The notes under the pieces were generated by a model that made no database searches, was not told where the DNA came from, and saw nothing but the letters and a program-made list of their open reading frames with translations. 64,000 bases of DNA from Patescibacteria group bacterium (GTDB taxonomy: Bacteria > Patescibacteriota > JAQUNI01). The DNA is taken from assembly GCA_028717685.1 (NCBI GenBank), contig JAQUNI010000003.1, forward strand, positions 311 to 64,310. The letters are read 5' to 3'. The position numbers and the translations under genes are program-made. Below, piece by piece: positions 1-8,314 of this stretch (position 1 is its first letter; the number at the start of each line of letters is the position of its first letter).

Positions 1-3000
1 TATCACATCACTTTTGACTACACCAGAACCGCGGGAACCCTTACAGTAAGCATTGGCGGAGTTACCCATTCCACCTCATTTGCTTCTGACACGGGAGCTG
101 GAAATATATATGTTTACTCCTCTGGCACAGGCGACCTTACTTTTATCGCCGATGCCACCTTTGCCGGAACAGTGGATAATGTAGTGGTCAAAGAAATTTC
201 CGCTTCTCTGGCAAATACCACTAACCGCGACAGCGCGGGCAGCATCCAAAATGAGTTGAGAGTGGGGGGAACAGGCAACCTGTTCTTGGGAGTGGAATCA
301 GGGAAGTTCAATGTTAGTGGAACAAATAATAATGCCATGGGGAATCAGGCTCTCTACTCCAACACCACAGGAAATAGTAACAATGCCATGGGGAATCAGG
401 CTCTCTACTCCAACACCACCGGAGGCGGCAATAATGCCATAGGGTATCAGACTCTCTATGCCAACACCACTGGAATCTACAATAATGCCATAGGGTATCA
501 GACTCTCTCTGCCAACACCACTGGAGGCTTTAATACTGCCATAGGATTGTGGAATCTCCGTTACAACACTACTGGAGCCTTTAATACTGCCATAGGAGGT
601 TGGGCCGCTCTTATGAATAACACAACTGGAAGCAACAACTATGCTGTTGGGTATGCCGCTCTCAGCCACAACACAATTGGAAGCGACAACGTGGGCTTAG
701 GTCCTGGCGCACTCTACTATAACTATACTGGCTCTAATAATATTGCGATAGGATCCACTGCAGGTTTTGGAGCTTCAGGCGGTTCTAGTATCAGTAACTC
801 GGTGTTAGTGGGTTATGGAGCAGGCAGGACATTACTAACAGGCGGGGATAATAACATATTGTTAGGGTATCAAGCAGGGGATAATTTAACCACTGGAGCT
901 AAAAATATAGTCATTGGATATAATATAGACGCTCCGACAGCCACTTCGGCCAATACTTTAAACATCGGGAATCTTATTTTTGGCACGGGATTAACAGGCA
1001 GCGGAGCAACAAGCGCGGGCAGCGTCGGCATCGGGACGACGACGCCAAGCTATAAACTTGATATAAATCAAGGTACTGTTAACGCCCTTAACATTGCTAC
1101 ATTAGATCAAGATAATCAGAAAGGGATTAATCTGACAGTTTCCGCCAATACAAACGGCGACGATGTTTATGGTATATACACTTCCGTCAATGCTGGAACA
1201 GGTGGCGCAGATTCCAACCGTTATGCCTATGCGATGTATAATGTACTAAGAAATCCTGCCAATTATGGCGCCGGCGGTAACCGACCATATGTATATGGTA
1301 TTTATAATGACGTTGATTTCCCATCATCTATTACCACTAGCCAAGGGAATATGTGGGGGACTTATAATAATGTAAAAATGGATAACGCCGCTGGAAACCG
1401 TAATTTTTATGGACTAGAGGTCAATGCCGAGTCATATACTTCACCATCATCTTCTAATGATAATATAACTGGCTTGTATACTCATGGCACTATTTCAGCA
1501 TCTGGCACTATATATCATGGTTTAGTCGGACTAGATGCGAGTATTACTAATGCAATGCAAATTAATGGTGGAGGAGAATATGTTGGGGGTATCAACGCCC
1601 ATATGAATACTGCCAACGATGCTTATAATCAGAAAATATATGGATATAGAAGTTGGTTTAAAACCTATAGTGGGGATACAGGATATGGGGTATCTGTTGA
1701 AGATGATAATTCCTCCGCAGGAGGTACTCAATACGGGGTTTATATTAATTTAGATGATACTGATGTTACAAGATATGGCATTTATGAAACAGGCGGGGCA
1801 AATAATTATTTCAAAGGCAATGTCGGGATTGGTGATACGAGCTCAGAAGCAATGTTAGATGTGATGGCAACTCAAACCTCGGGCATTTTGGAGCAGATTT
1901 CTTATGAGGGCGCTGCTACTTTAGCTGGTAGCTTAACGGGTTTGGATTTAGACCTCTCCACCAATGTTACCCCATCAACTTACAATATTACAGGTTTAAA
2001 CTTAGAATTACCCTCTGGCGCTTCAGGGGACATGACTTTCCTTAAACTAGTTGAGGGCTCCTCCACGCTTTATGATTTTGACGTGACCACTGCCCAATTC
2101 AATGTCCCCACCTCCTTTAATTCGGCGGGGGACGCGGCTTTTTCTTATGATTTGATAATGGCTAACCCCGGCACGGCGTATATTAAGTTTCAAGGCGCTG
2201 GCTATATTGAAACGGAATCGCCTTATGGTAATTATGATTTGACTCTGCTTGCCGCCAATGCCGGAGCCGTATTTGTCAGCGATGTCTTCAAAGTCTCGGA
2301 CAGCACTGCCTCTACGATGACCCTCCTTAACCAAACCGGCTCCGGGCCTATCTTGGATATCCAAAAGAGCGGGACCTCTAGGCTTTACATTAAAAATGAC
2401 GGCAACGTCGGCATCGGGACGGCGGCGCCAGTAACTAAGTTAGATGTAAGAGGAATTATATCCACGCAATTTGAAGTCATTAATTCTACTATCCAAATTA
2501 ATTCATTAGCAGATGCTCTAAAGTATTTTGATGTTTGGTTGGGTTCGTATTCGTCTTTTACTTACGCAGGTACAGAAGTGAAGCTCCCTGGAGTAGCAGG
2601 TTACGCTGTAGGAGGAGCATTACAACTTGGAAAAAATATGGCTATCCTTCCTATTGGATGGTCAGGCACTGTCACAGCTCAAGCAAAGGGCGGTAGTAAC
2701 TGGGCAACTACTGTTTATTTGCAAACAAGCATTAACGGAACAGACTGGACTACACAAAGTCAAACAACTGGTGTCGCGAATACAGGTTGGCAGACTCTTA
2801 CTTATACAGTGGCATCAATTGCAACTCCCTTATATGTTAGATTCTATCTTACTGATGGTTCAGGGACAGCAGGTGTGGGAAATTATTGTAAGTTGGCAAG
2901 TGTGAGCGTAACGAATTTGCCAATTACTCCATCTGAAAATCCACTTACAGGTGTTATTACAACGAACTATGGCAACGTCGGCATCGGGACGGCGGTGCCG

Positions 3001-5580
3001 GGTGCGAAATTGGATGTTTCAGGAAATGCGAAATTTTATTCAGCTATTGGGGCAGGCGATGATGTAAGAACAGGGCTCGCTCATTATGATAGTACTGCTC
3101 AGGCTGCCGGAGTGGGAGGTCAAATAGTTTTAGGATACAAATACACAGACGCTGGTGCTTATACAGAAGGAGCTATTATAAAAATGTATAAGGAAAACGG
3201 CACTACCGCGGAATATGGGAGCGGCTTGAAATTTCAAGTAAGAAATACAGGAGCCGCTTTAAGTACAAAAATGGTTTTAAATCCCTCGGGCAACGTCGGC
3301 ATCGGGACGGCAGGTCCAACCTCGTTGCTGCAGATTTGGGAAACATCTGGCAGCAAGCCCGGTGGCGTGGTTGCAGCCACAAAATCGGTTTTAAAGCTTT
3401 CGAGGAATGGTACTACAAACTATTCATACAATGAACACGCTGAATTTAGAATTGGCCACGGAGGGCCTGGCACTACTGGGTCAAATTTAGATTTATACAT
3501 CAACGGCGCTGGCAATACAACTGATATTCCTGACCAGCAGGCTATGACTTGGAATTATGCCGGCAACGTCGGCATCGGAGATGCAACTCCCGACTACCTC
3601 TTGGATGTGGCCGGCACGGCAGGGTTTGACTCTACTCTTACTATGACAGGTTCTGCTGCTAATATCGCACTTGGTTCTAATTATCTCTCGGGCGACGGCG
3701 GGGATGAAGGCATTTATGTTGACTCAGGTGGCAAGGTCGGCATCGGGACGCCGTCACCAAGTAATTATCTTCATGTTTATAGTACAGGCACGACAGTAAT
3801 AACAAGTCAAACAACTGGTGCTGCAGACACCGTAGCCTTTCAACTTATTGGTGGAGCAGCAAATGCGAATTGGTACATTATGACGAATCGTTCCGACCTT
3901 TTTGGTGCAGCAGACAGTATAGGTTTTTATAAAAACAGTGGTACGCCGGGGACGAAATTAGTAATTCAAGATAACGGCAACGTCGGCATCGGGACGGCGG
4001 CGCCTGGAGCATATAAGCTTCATGTTGAAGGCGGAATGATTGCCCAGGCATATACCACCGGAGATATAATGTTTAGGGCAAATGACAATGGTCCTGATAT
4101 TTGGAGAATGTTTGAGGACGAAACCAGCCTTTATACCCAAAGTTTAACAACGGGACAAACGGTATTAACAATCAAAGACACAGGCAATATTGGCATCGGG
4201 ACGACGAACCCCGGCACCAAATTCGCCGTCAAAAGTTTGGAAACCTCGGCTTCCGCCGCCAATATGTTTATTGATACGACCACGGGCAGTGTCTATCGCT
4301 CCACTTCCTCTTTACGATACAAAGATGATGTGCAGACCCTGCAAGATGACTTTACCAAGATTCTAGAAGCCAGACCTACCTCCTTTATTGATAAAGCAAC
4401 AGGAAGAAGAGATGTCGGCTTTATTGCCGAAGAATTTGACGCTTTAGGCCTTTCTAACCTTGTAATATATGACGAGCAAGGCAGACCTGACGCAATCAAA
4501 TATGAACGGATCTCGCTTTATCAAAACGAGGTGCTCAAGGAGCAGCAGCAAAAGCTCTCAGTAATGGATTCTGATTTACAGCTCGTGAAAAATGATTTGG
4601 GTCTAGGGGCTTCGGACTCTACCTCTCGTCTCACTGGCTTGGAATTAGGGATAGGGAATCAGGAATCAGGAATTCTGTCTTTAGAATCAAGAATCAATAA
4701 TCAAGAATCAAGGATTCAAGATCTGGAGACCCGAATTACGAATTACGAATCACGAATTACGGAAAATGATGCTGACACAGCGCCAGCACAAATAGTAGAG
4801 GGAGCTTCTTCCGAGCAAGTGGATTTAGCATCTTTACAAAGTACCCTCCAAACCTTAGTAGATAGTTTGAGTAATCTGGAGAATGTCTCTAACCAATTAA
4901 ACACTTTAAGCGCCTCCATTTTAACAGTAATGGAATCCAACCAAGCGAATACTGCCAGAATTCAAGAATTAGAAGAAGAAACACAGAATTTACAGCAGAT
5001 TGTAAAGATTGTGGAGGACAAAGTAATAATCGGCGACCCCAACAAATACCTTGTTCTGGATGCTGCCACAGGCTTAGAGATTAATAGCGAGAACTTCGCG
5101 GTAGATAAGGACGGGAATGTAAAGGTGAAAGGGGAGCTAAAGCTTGTTTCGGGCAGGATTCTCTCGGAAACTGGCATTCTGGAATTGAATCCCGGGGAAG
5201 CAAATGACACTGTGCCCGAACCGAAAGTGGTGGTGAAAGGTAAGGAGATGATAGTGGAAGGCGATCTAAAGGTTGGCGGTAAAATCATTGCCGGCGCCAG
5301 CGATACGCAAGCCGCGGAAAATAAAAATATCATTACCAGCAAAGGCGTTATTAAAGCGGGCGAAAAGGAAGCAATAATTGAAACCGAGGCAGTGAGTGAA
5401 GATTCATTTATCGGCGTCACTCCTTTATCCGCCGCCTCCCTTTACGTCTCGGAAATCAGAAGCGAGGCAGACAGCGAGACATCAAAACAAGGTTTTACTG
5501 TTTCCGCTTTGGAACCAGCCAAAGAAGATATTCAGTTTAATTGGTGGGTGATAATAGATAAAACCCAATATGATGAATGA
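1..5580 (+). CDS. Giant modular surface/fibre-like protein (5'-partial): 14-aa beta-helical repeats, GNVGIGT-delimited modules, peptidase S74-type intramolecular chaperone, coiled coil, C-terminal beta domain
   Basis: Frame is open from base 1 (YHITFDYTRTAG...), so the start lies upstream of the window. Contains NTTGxxNxAxGxxAL repeats, nine GNVGIG-like motifs, and SSLRYK...VGFIAEE...DAIKY of S74 chaperones. Confidence 0.8.
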   Translation, partial: YHITFDYTRTAGTLTVSIGGVTHSTSFASDTGAGNIYVYSSGTGDLTFIADATFAGTVDNVVVKEISASLANTTNRDSAGSIQNELRVGGTGNLFLGVESGKFNVSGTNNNAMGNQALYSNTTGNSNNAMGNQALYSNTTGGGNNAIGYQTLYANTTGIYNNAIGYQTLSANTTGGFNTAIGLWNLRYNTTGAFNTAIGGWAALMNNTTGSNNYAVGYAALSHNTIGSDNVGLGPGALYYNYTGSNNIAIGSTAGFGASGGSSISNSVLVGYGAGRTLLTGGDNNILLGYQAGDNLTTGAKNIVIGYNIDAPTATSANTLNIGNLIFGTGLTGSGATSAGSVGIGTTTPSYKLDINQGTVNALNIATLDQDNQKGINLTVSANTNGDDVYGIYTSVNAGTGGADSNRYAYAMYNVLRNPANYGAGGNRPYVYGIYNDVDFPSSITTSQGNMWGTYNNVKMDNAAGNRNFYGLEVNAESYTSPSSSNDNITGLYTHGTISASGTIYHGLVGLDASITNAMQINGGGEYVGGINAHMNTANDAYNQKIYGYRSWFKTYSGDTGYGVSVEDDNSSAGGTQYGVYINLDDTDVTRYGIYETGGANNYFKGNVGIGDTSSEAMLDVMATQTSGILEQISYEGAATLAGSLTGLDLDLSTNVTPSTYNITGLNLELPSGASGDMTFLKLVEGSSTLYDFDVTTAQFNVPTSFNSAGDAAFSYDLIMANPGTAYIKFQGAGYIETESPYGNYDLTLLAANAGAVFVSDVFKVSDSTASTMTLLNQTGSGPILDIQKSGTSRLYIKNDGNVGIGTAAPVTKLDVRGIISTQFEVINSTIQINSLADALKYFDVWLGSYSSFTYAGTEVKLPGVAGYAVGGALQLGKNMAILPIGWSGTVTAQAKGGSNWATTVYLQTSINGTDWTTQSQTTGVANTGWQTLTYTVASIATPLYVRFYLTDGSGTAGVGNYCKLASVSVTNLPITPSENPLTGVITTNYGNVGIGTAVPGAKLDVSGNAKFYSAIGAGDDVRTGLAHYDSTAQAAGVGGQIVLGYKYTDAGAYTEGAIIKMYKENGTTAEYGSGLKFQVRNTGAALSTKMVLNPSGNVGIGTAGPTSLLQIWETSGSKPGGVVAATKSVLKLSRNGTTNYSYNEHAEFRIGHGGPGTTGSNLDLYINGAGNTTDIPDQQAMTWNYAGNVGIGDATPDYLLDVAGTAGFDSTLTMTGSAANIALGSNYLSGDGGDEGIYVDSGGKVGIGTPSPSNYLHVYSTGTTVITSQTTGAADTVAFQLIGGAANANWYIMTNRSDLFGAADSIGFYKNSGTPGTKLVIQDNGNVGIGTAAPGAYKLHVEGGMIAQAYTTGDIMFRANDNGPDIWRMFEDETSLYTQSLTTGQTVLTIKDTGNIGIGTTNPGTKFAVKSLETSASAANMFIDTTTGSVYRSTSSLRYKDDVQTLQDDFTKILEARPTSFIDKATGRRDVGFIAEEFDALGLSNLVIYDEQGRPDAIKYERISLYQNEVLKEQQQKLSVMDSDLQLVKNDLGLGASDSTSRLTGLELGIGNQESGILSLESRINNQESRIQDLETRITNYESRITENDADTAPAQIVEGASSEQVDLASLQSTLQTLVDSLSNLENVSNQLNTLSASILTVMESNQANTARIQELEEETQNLQQIVKIVEDKVIIGDPNKYLVLDAATGLEINSENFAVDKDGNVKVKGELKLVSGRILSETGILELNPGEANDTVPEPKVVVKGKEMIVEGDLKVGGKIIAGASDTQAAENKNIITSKGVIKAGEKEAIIETEAVSEDSFIGVTPLSAASLYVSEIRSEADSETSKQGFTVSALEPAKEDIQFNWWVIIDKTQYDE
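322..760 (+). repeat. 42-bp (14-aa) intragenic tandem repeats
   Basis: The first units are nearly identical at DNA level (AATGCCATGGGGAATCAGGCTCTCTACTCCAACACCAC twice) and then degenerate. Confidence 0.85.
1018..4203 (+). repeat. Dispersed 21-bp motif GGCAACGTCGGCATCGGGACG (GNVGIGT)
   Basis: Exact copies at 2401, 2971, 3289 and 3976. One mismatch at 1018 and 3730. A 17-nt match at 3562. Degenerate copies at 1816 and 4183. Confidence 0.9.
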
Positions 5581-5602
5581 TTTGAGATTTTCTTAAAAGA
5601 AA

Positions 5603-5760
5603 AGACCCCCTCCCCGCCCGCTTCGCCTGAAGCCACGCCCGCCACGCTAGCCGCAAGGCGTTGCGGGCGGGCGAAGCGATGGCGGGCGGGCATCTCCCCC
5701 TTGGTAAGGGGGAGCGTGCATCATCCTCCCCTTGACGTGCGGGAGGTTTGGGAGGGGTCT
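5603..5760. repeat. Triple-nested palindromic REP/MITE-like element
   Basis: AGACCCC...GGGGTCT outer element contains CCCGCCCGCTTCGCC...GGCGAAGCGATGGCGGGCGGG, which in turn contains GCCCGCCACGCTAGCCGCAAGGCGTTGCGGGC. Confidence 0.8.
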
Positions 5761-5791
5761 AAAAATCCTCCAAGCTCCCACCTTCTTTCGT

Positions 5792-5820
5792 TTGCTTATG
5801 CGCTTTTTTTGATATATACT
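5792..5820 (+). promoter_or_regulatory. Putative sigma70 promoter for iscSU
   Basis: TTGCTT-17bp-TATACT, 20 bp upstream of the ATG. Confidence 0.55.
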
Positions 5821-5840
5821 GAAGGTACAAAAATAATTGT

Positions 5841-7022
5841 ATGCAAAAAATTTATTTAGATAATTCAGCCACTACGCCCGTTGATCGGGAAGTATTGCGA
5901 GCAATGTTGCCTTATTTTAGCGAAAAATTTGGCAATCCATCCTCGGTCCACTCTCTTGGTCAGGAGGGAGCAGAAGCGATTTTAGAGGCGCGGGAAAAAA
6001 TCGCGCGGTTTTTGGGGTGTCAAAAAGAAGAAATTATTTTTACAAGTGGAGCCACGGAAGCAAATAATCTAGCTTTAAAAGGAGTAATGCAGGCTTGTTT
6101 TCAAAAAACGGGTAAAAAGGGTCATCTTATTACCTCTCAAATTGAACATAAAGCGATTTTGGAACCCGCGCAGGTTTTAGAAAAGGAAGGATATAAAGTG
6201 ACTTATCTTCCTGTGAGCGGGGAGGGGATTGTGAAGATGCGAGAAGTGCGGAAAGCAATTAGGGATAATACGGTTTTAATTAGTTTGATGTACGCAAATT
6301 CCGAAACCGGAGCAATCCAGCCGATTTCAGAAGTTGGTCAAATGGTCAAAAAGATTAATTTGAAAAGGGTGAACAAAATTTTTGTTCACACCGATGCGGC
6401 GCAAGCCGTACAATACTTAGATTGTAATATAAATAGTTTAGGGGTTGATTTACTCACTTTAGCTGGGCATAAGATTTATACTCCCAAAGGGGTGGGCGCT
6501 TTATATGTGAAGAAGGGGACGCCGATTGTTCCCATTCAACAGGGCGGTTCTCAAGAATATGATTTGCGGGCAGGGACGGAAAATGTGCCCTATATTGTGG
6601 CATTGGCAAAGGCTTGTGAGCTCGTGGCTCAAAATCGGCTTCGGATTAGCAAAAAATTAGCTAAATTACGTGATTATTTGATTCAAAAGATTGAAAAAGA
6701 TATCCCTCATTGCCAACTCAACGGTCCGAGAGAGGAGCGGAGATTGCCCAATAATGTTAATTTTAGCTTTAAAGGCGCTGAAGGCGAGAGTATTGTTTTG
6801 GATTTAGATTTGGAGGGGATTGCGGTCTCCACGGGTTCGGCTTGCACTTCTCATGATTTAAAGCCCTCCCATGTGTTAACCGCGATGGGCATTTCGCCGG
6901 AAATCGCGCATGGTAGTATCCGGATTACTTTAAGTAAATATACTACTGCCGCGGAAATTAATAAGTTAATTCAAATTTTACCGAAAATTGTAGAGCGTTT
7001 CCGTAAAATGGCACCAAAGTAA
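5841..7022 (+). CDS. iscS: Cysteine desulfurase (IscS/NifS)
   Basis: IYLDNSATT, FTSGATEANN, HTDAAQA, GHKIY (PLP Lys), STGSAC. Confidence 0.95.
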   Translation: MQKIYLDNSATTPVDREVLRAMLPYFSEKFGNPSSVHSLGQEGAEAILEAREKIARFLGCQKEEIIFTSGATEANNLALKGVMQACFQKTGKKGHLITSQIEHKAILEPAQVLEKEGYKVTYLPVSGEGIVKMREVRKAIRDNTVLISLMYANSETGAIQPISEVGQMVKKINLKRVNKIFVHTDAAQAVQYLDCNINSLGVDLLTLAGHKIYTPKGVGALYVKKGTPIVPIQQGGSQEYDLRAGTENVPYIVALAKACELVAQNRLRISKKLAKLRDYLIQKIEKDIPHCQLNGPREERRLPNNVNFSFKGAEGESIVLDLDLEGIAVSTGSACTSHDLKPSHVLTAMGISPEIAHGSIRITLSKYTTAAEINKLIQILPKIVERFRKMAPK

Positions 7023-7088
7023 ATTAAAAATTTAAAATGAAAAATGTAAAATTGCAATTTAAAATTTACTAGTTTTTAATTTTAAAAA

Positions 7089-7454
7089 ATGTATTCAAAA
7101 AAAGTTCTAGACCATTTCCAAAATCCTCGCAATCAAGGAAAAATAGAAAATCCCGATGGAGTGGGTCAGGTAGGCAACCCAGTTTGCGGAGATATTATGA
7201 AGGTCTATATTAAAGTTAAAGATAATAAAATCAGTGATATTAAATTTGAGACCTTGGGCTGCGGCGCGGCGATTGCCACCTCTTCAATGATTACCGAGCT
7301 AGCTCGCGGTAAAACTTTGGAAGAGGCAGTAAAAATTTCCCGCCAAGACATTGCCAATGAATTAGGGGGCTTGCCAGCTGTGAAAATGCACTGCTCTAAT
7401 TTAGCCGCCGACGCCCTAAAGAAAGCGATTGAAGATTCCCGTCGCAGGCGTTAA
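7089..7454 (+). CDS. iscU: Fe-S cluster scaffold IscU/NifU
   Basis: YSKKVLDHF, GNPVCGD, GCGAAIA, LPAVKMHCS; adjacent to iscS. Confidence 0.95.
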   Translation: MYSKKVLDHFQNPRNQGKIENPDGVGQVGNPVCGDIMKVYIKVKDNKISDIKFETLGCGAAIATSSMITELARGKTLEEAVKISRQDIANELGGLPAVKMHCSNLAADALKKAIEDSRRRR

Positions 7455-7470
7455 ATAAAAGCCTTATAGG

Positions 7471-7513
7471 TCTTTTAAGAGGGGACACACTACCCCCTTT
7501 TCCTCTTAAAAGA
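7471..7513. terminator. Stem-loop downstream of iscU
   Basis: Perfect 12-bp inverted repeat TCTTTTAAGAGG...CCTCTTAAAAGA. Confidence 0.45.
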
Positions 7514-7903
7514 TAACTCTGGGGGGAGTAAGCGAAGACGCGGGGGAGAAGGACCCCCTATTTATTTAAAAGAAAAATAAAATAATTCCACAAATATACC
7601 CGCAAAGCTCTAAACATTAGAGTAGGGAAGCGCTTGGAGGGAGAGGGATATTTAAGGAATTATTTTTTATTTATTAAAATAAAATAAATAATAAAAGGCG
7701 ACTATAATATTTATTTTTTATCATTTTTTAAATCTGTGGATAACTATAATGTCGTAAAAGCTACATTAAACGACTTTAAATCAATACCCAAATTCAGATC
7801 CTTTCTTCATATCTCCTATCTTCTTATCTTAGGCTTTGTTTGTATAACTCCCTATAATCTTATCCTTTATTTTAATTTTTTTATTATAATAATATCAAAA
7901 TTA

Positions 7904-8311
7904 TTACCTCGTCCTTTCTTCTGTTGACTCCTCCTCTCGTTTTAGATATTTTCTTTTTTTATATTCTCTTCCCAGATTATATTTCATTTTTTGATGGTAA
8001 ATCTGACTAAATTTTTTACTTGTCACTTTATAGCAATTTAGAGTGTCTGCGAGATACATATAACAGTCTGTGACTTCTTCTATGAGTTTAGTGCGCACGG
8101 ATTGATTTTGCATTATCGCTTTTTCCCCGTCTTTTTTAATGATATCTATCACCTCGCCTAATTCGCCGATAAGCCACAAGAGCCTGTATTTGGCATATTT
8201 TGCTTCCAGAGGAGACCACTCTTTTTGGTGCTTTTTCCAGAGCTTAAGAGAATAAAGCAGCATCTCTTCTATTCCGATGTTATTTTTGGTATTTTGGGGC
8301 ATATTTCTCAT
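7904..8311 (-). CDS. MazG-like nucleotide pyrophosphohydrolase
   Basis: GELGEVIDIIKK...LIEEVTDCYMY all-alpha NTP-PPase acidic motifs. Confidence 0.75.
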   Translation of the reverse strand: MRNMPQNTKNNIGIEEMLLYSLKLWKKHQKEWSPLEAKYAKYRLLWLIGELGEVIDIIKKDGEKAIMQNQSVRTKLIEEVTDCYMYLADTLNCYKVTSKKFSQIYHQKMKYNLGREYKKRKYLKREEESTEERTR

Positions 8312-8314
8312 TAT

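Noticed and set aside
1018-4203. CRISPR array reading of the 21-bp motif
   Set aside because: Spacing is 168-798 bp and irregular, the motif lies in-frame in one ORF, and there are no cas genes.
4962-5420. Antisense and alternative-frame ORFs overlapping long genes throughout the window
   Set aside because: No recognisable motifs; typical shadow ORFs.
1-5580. Prophage tail gene
   Set aside because: No capsid, terminase, integrase or lysis genes downstream; housekeeping genes follow. The upstream context is not visible.
7735-7743. oriC call
   Set aside because: Only one perfect DnaA box and no dnaA/dnaN nearby.
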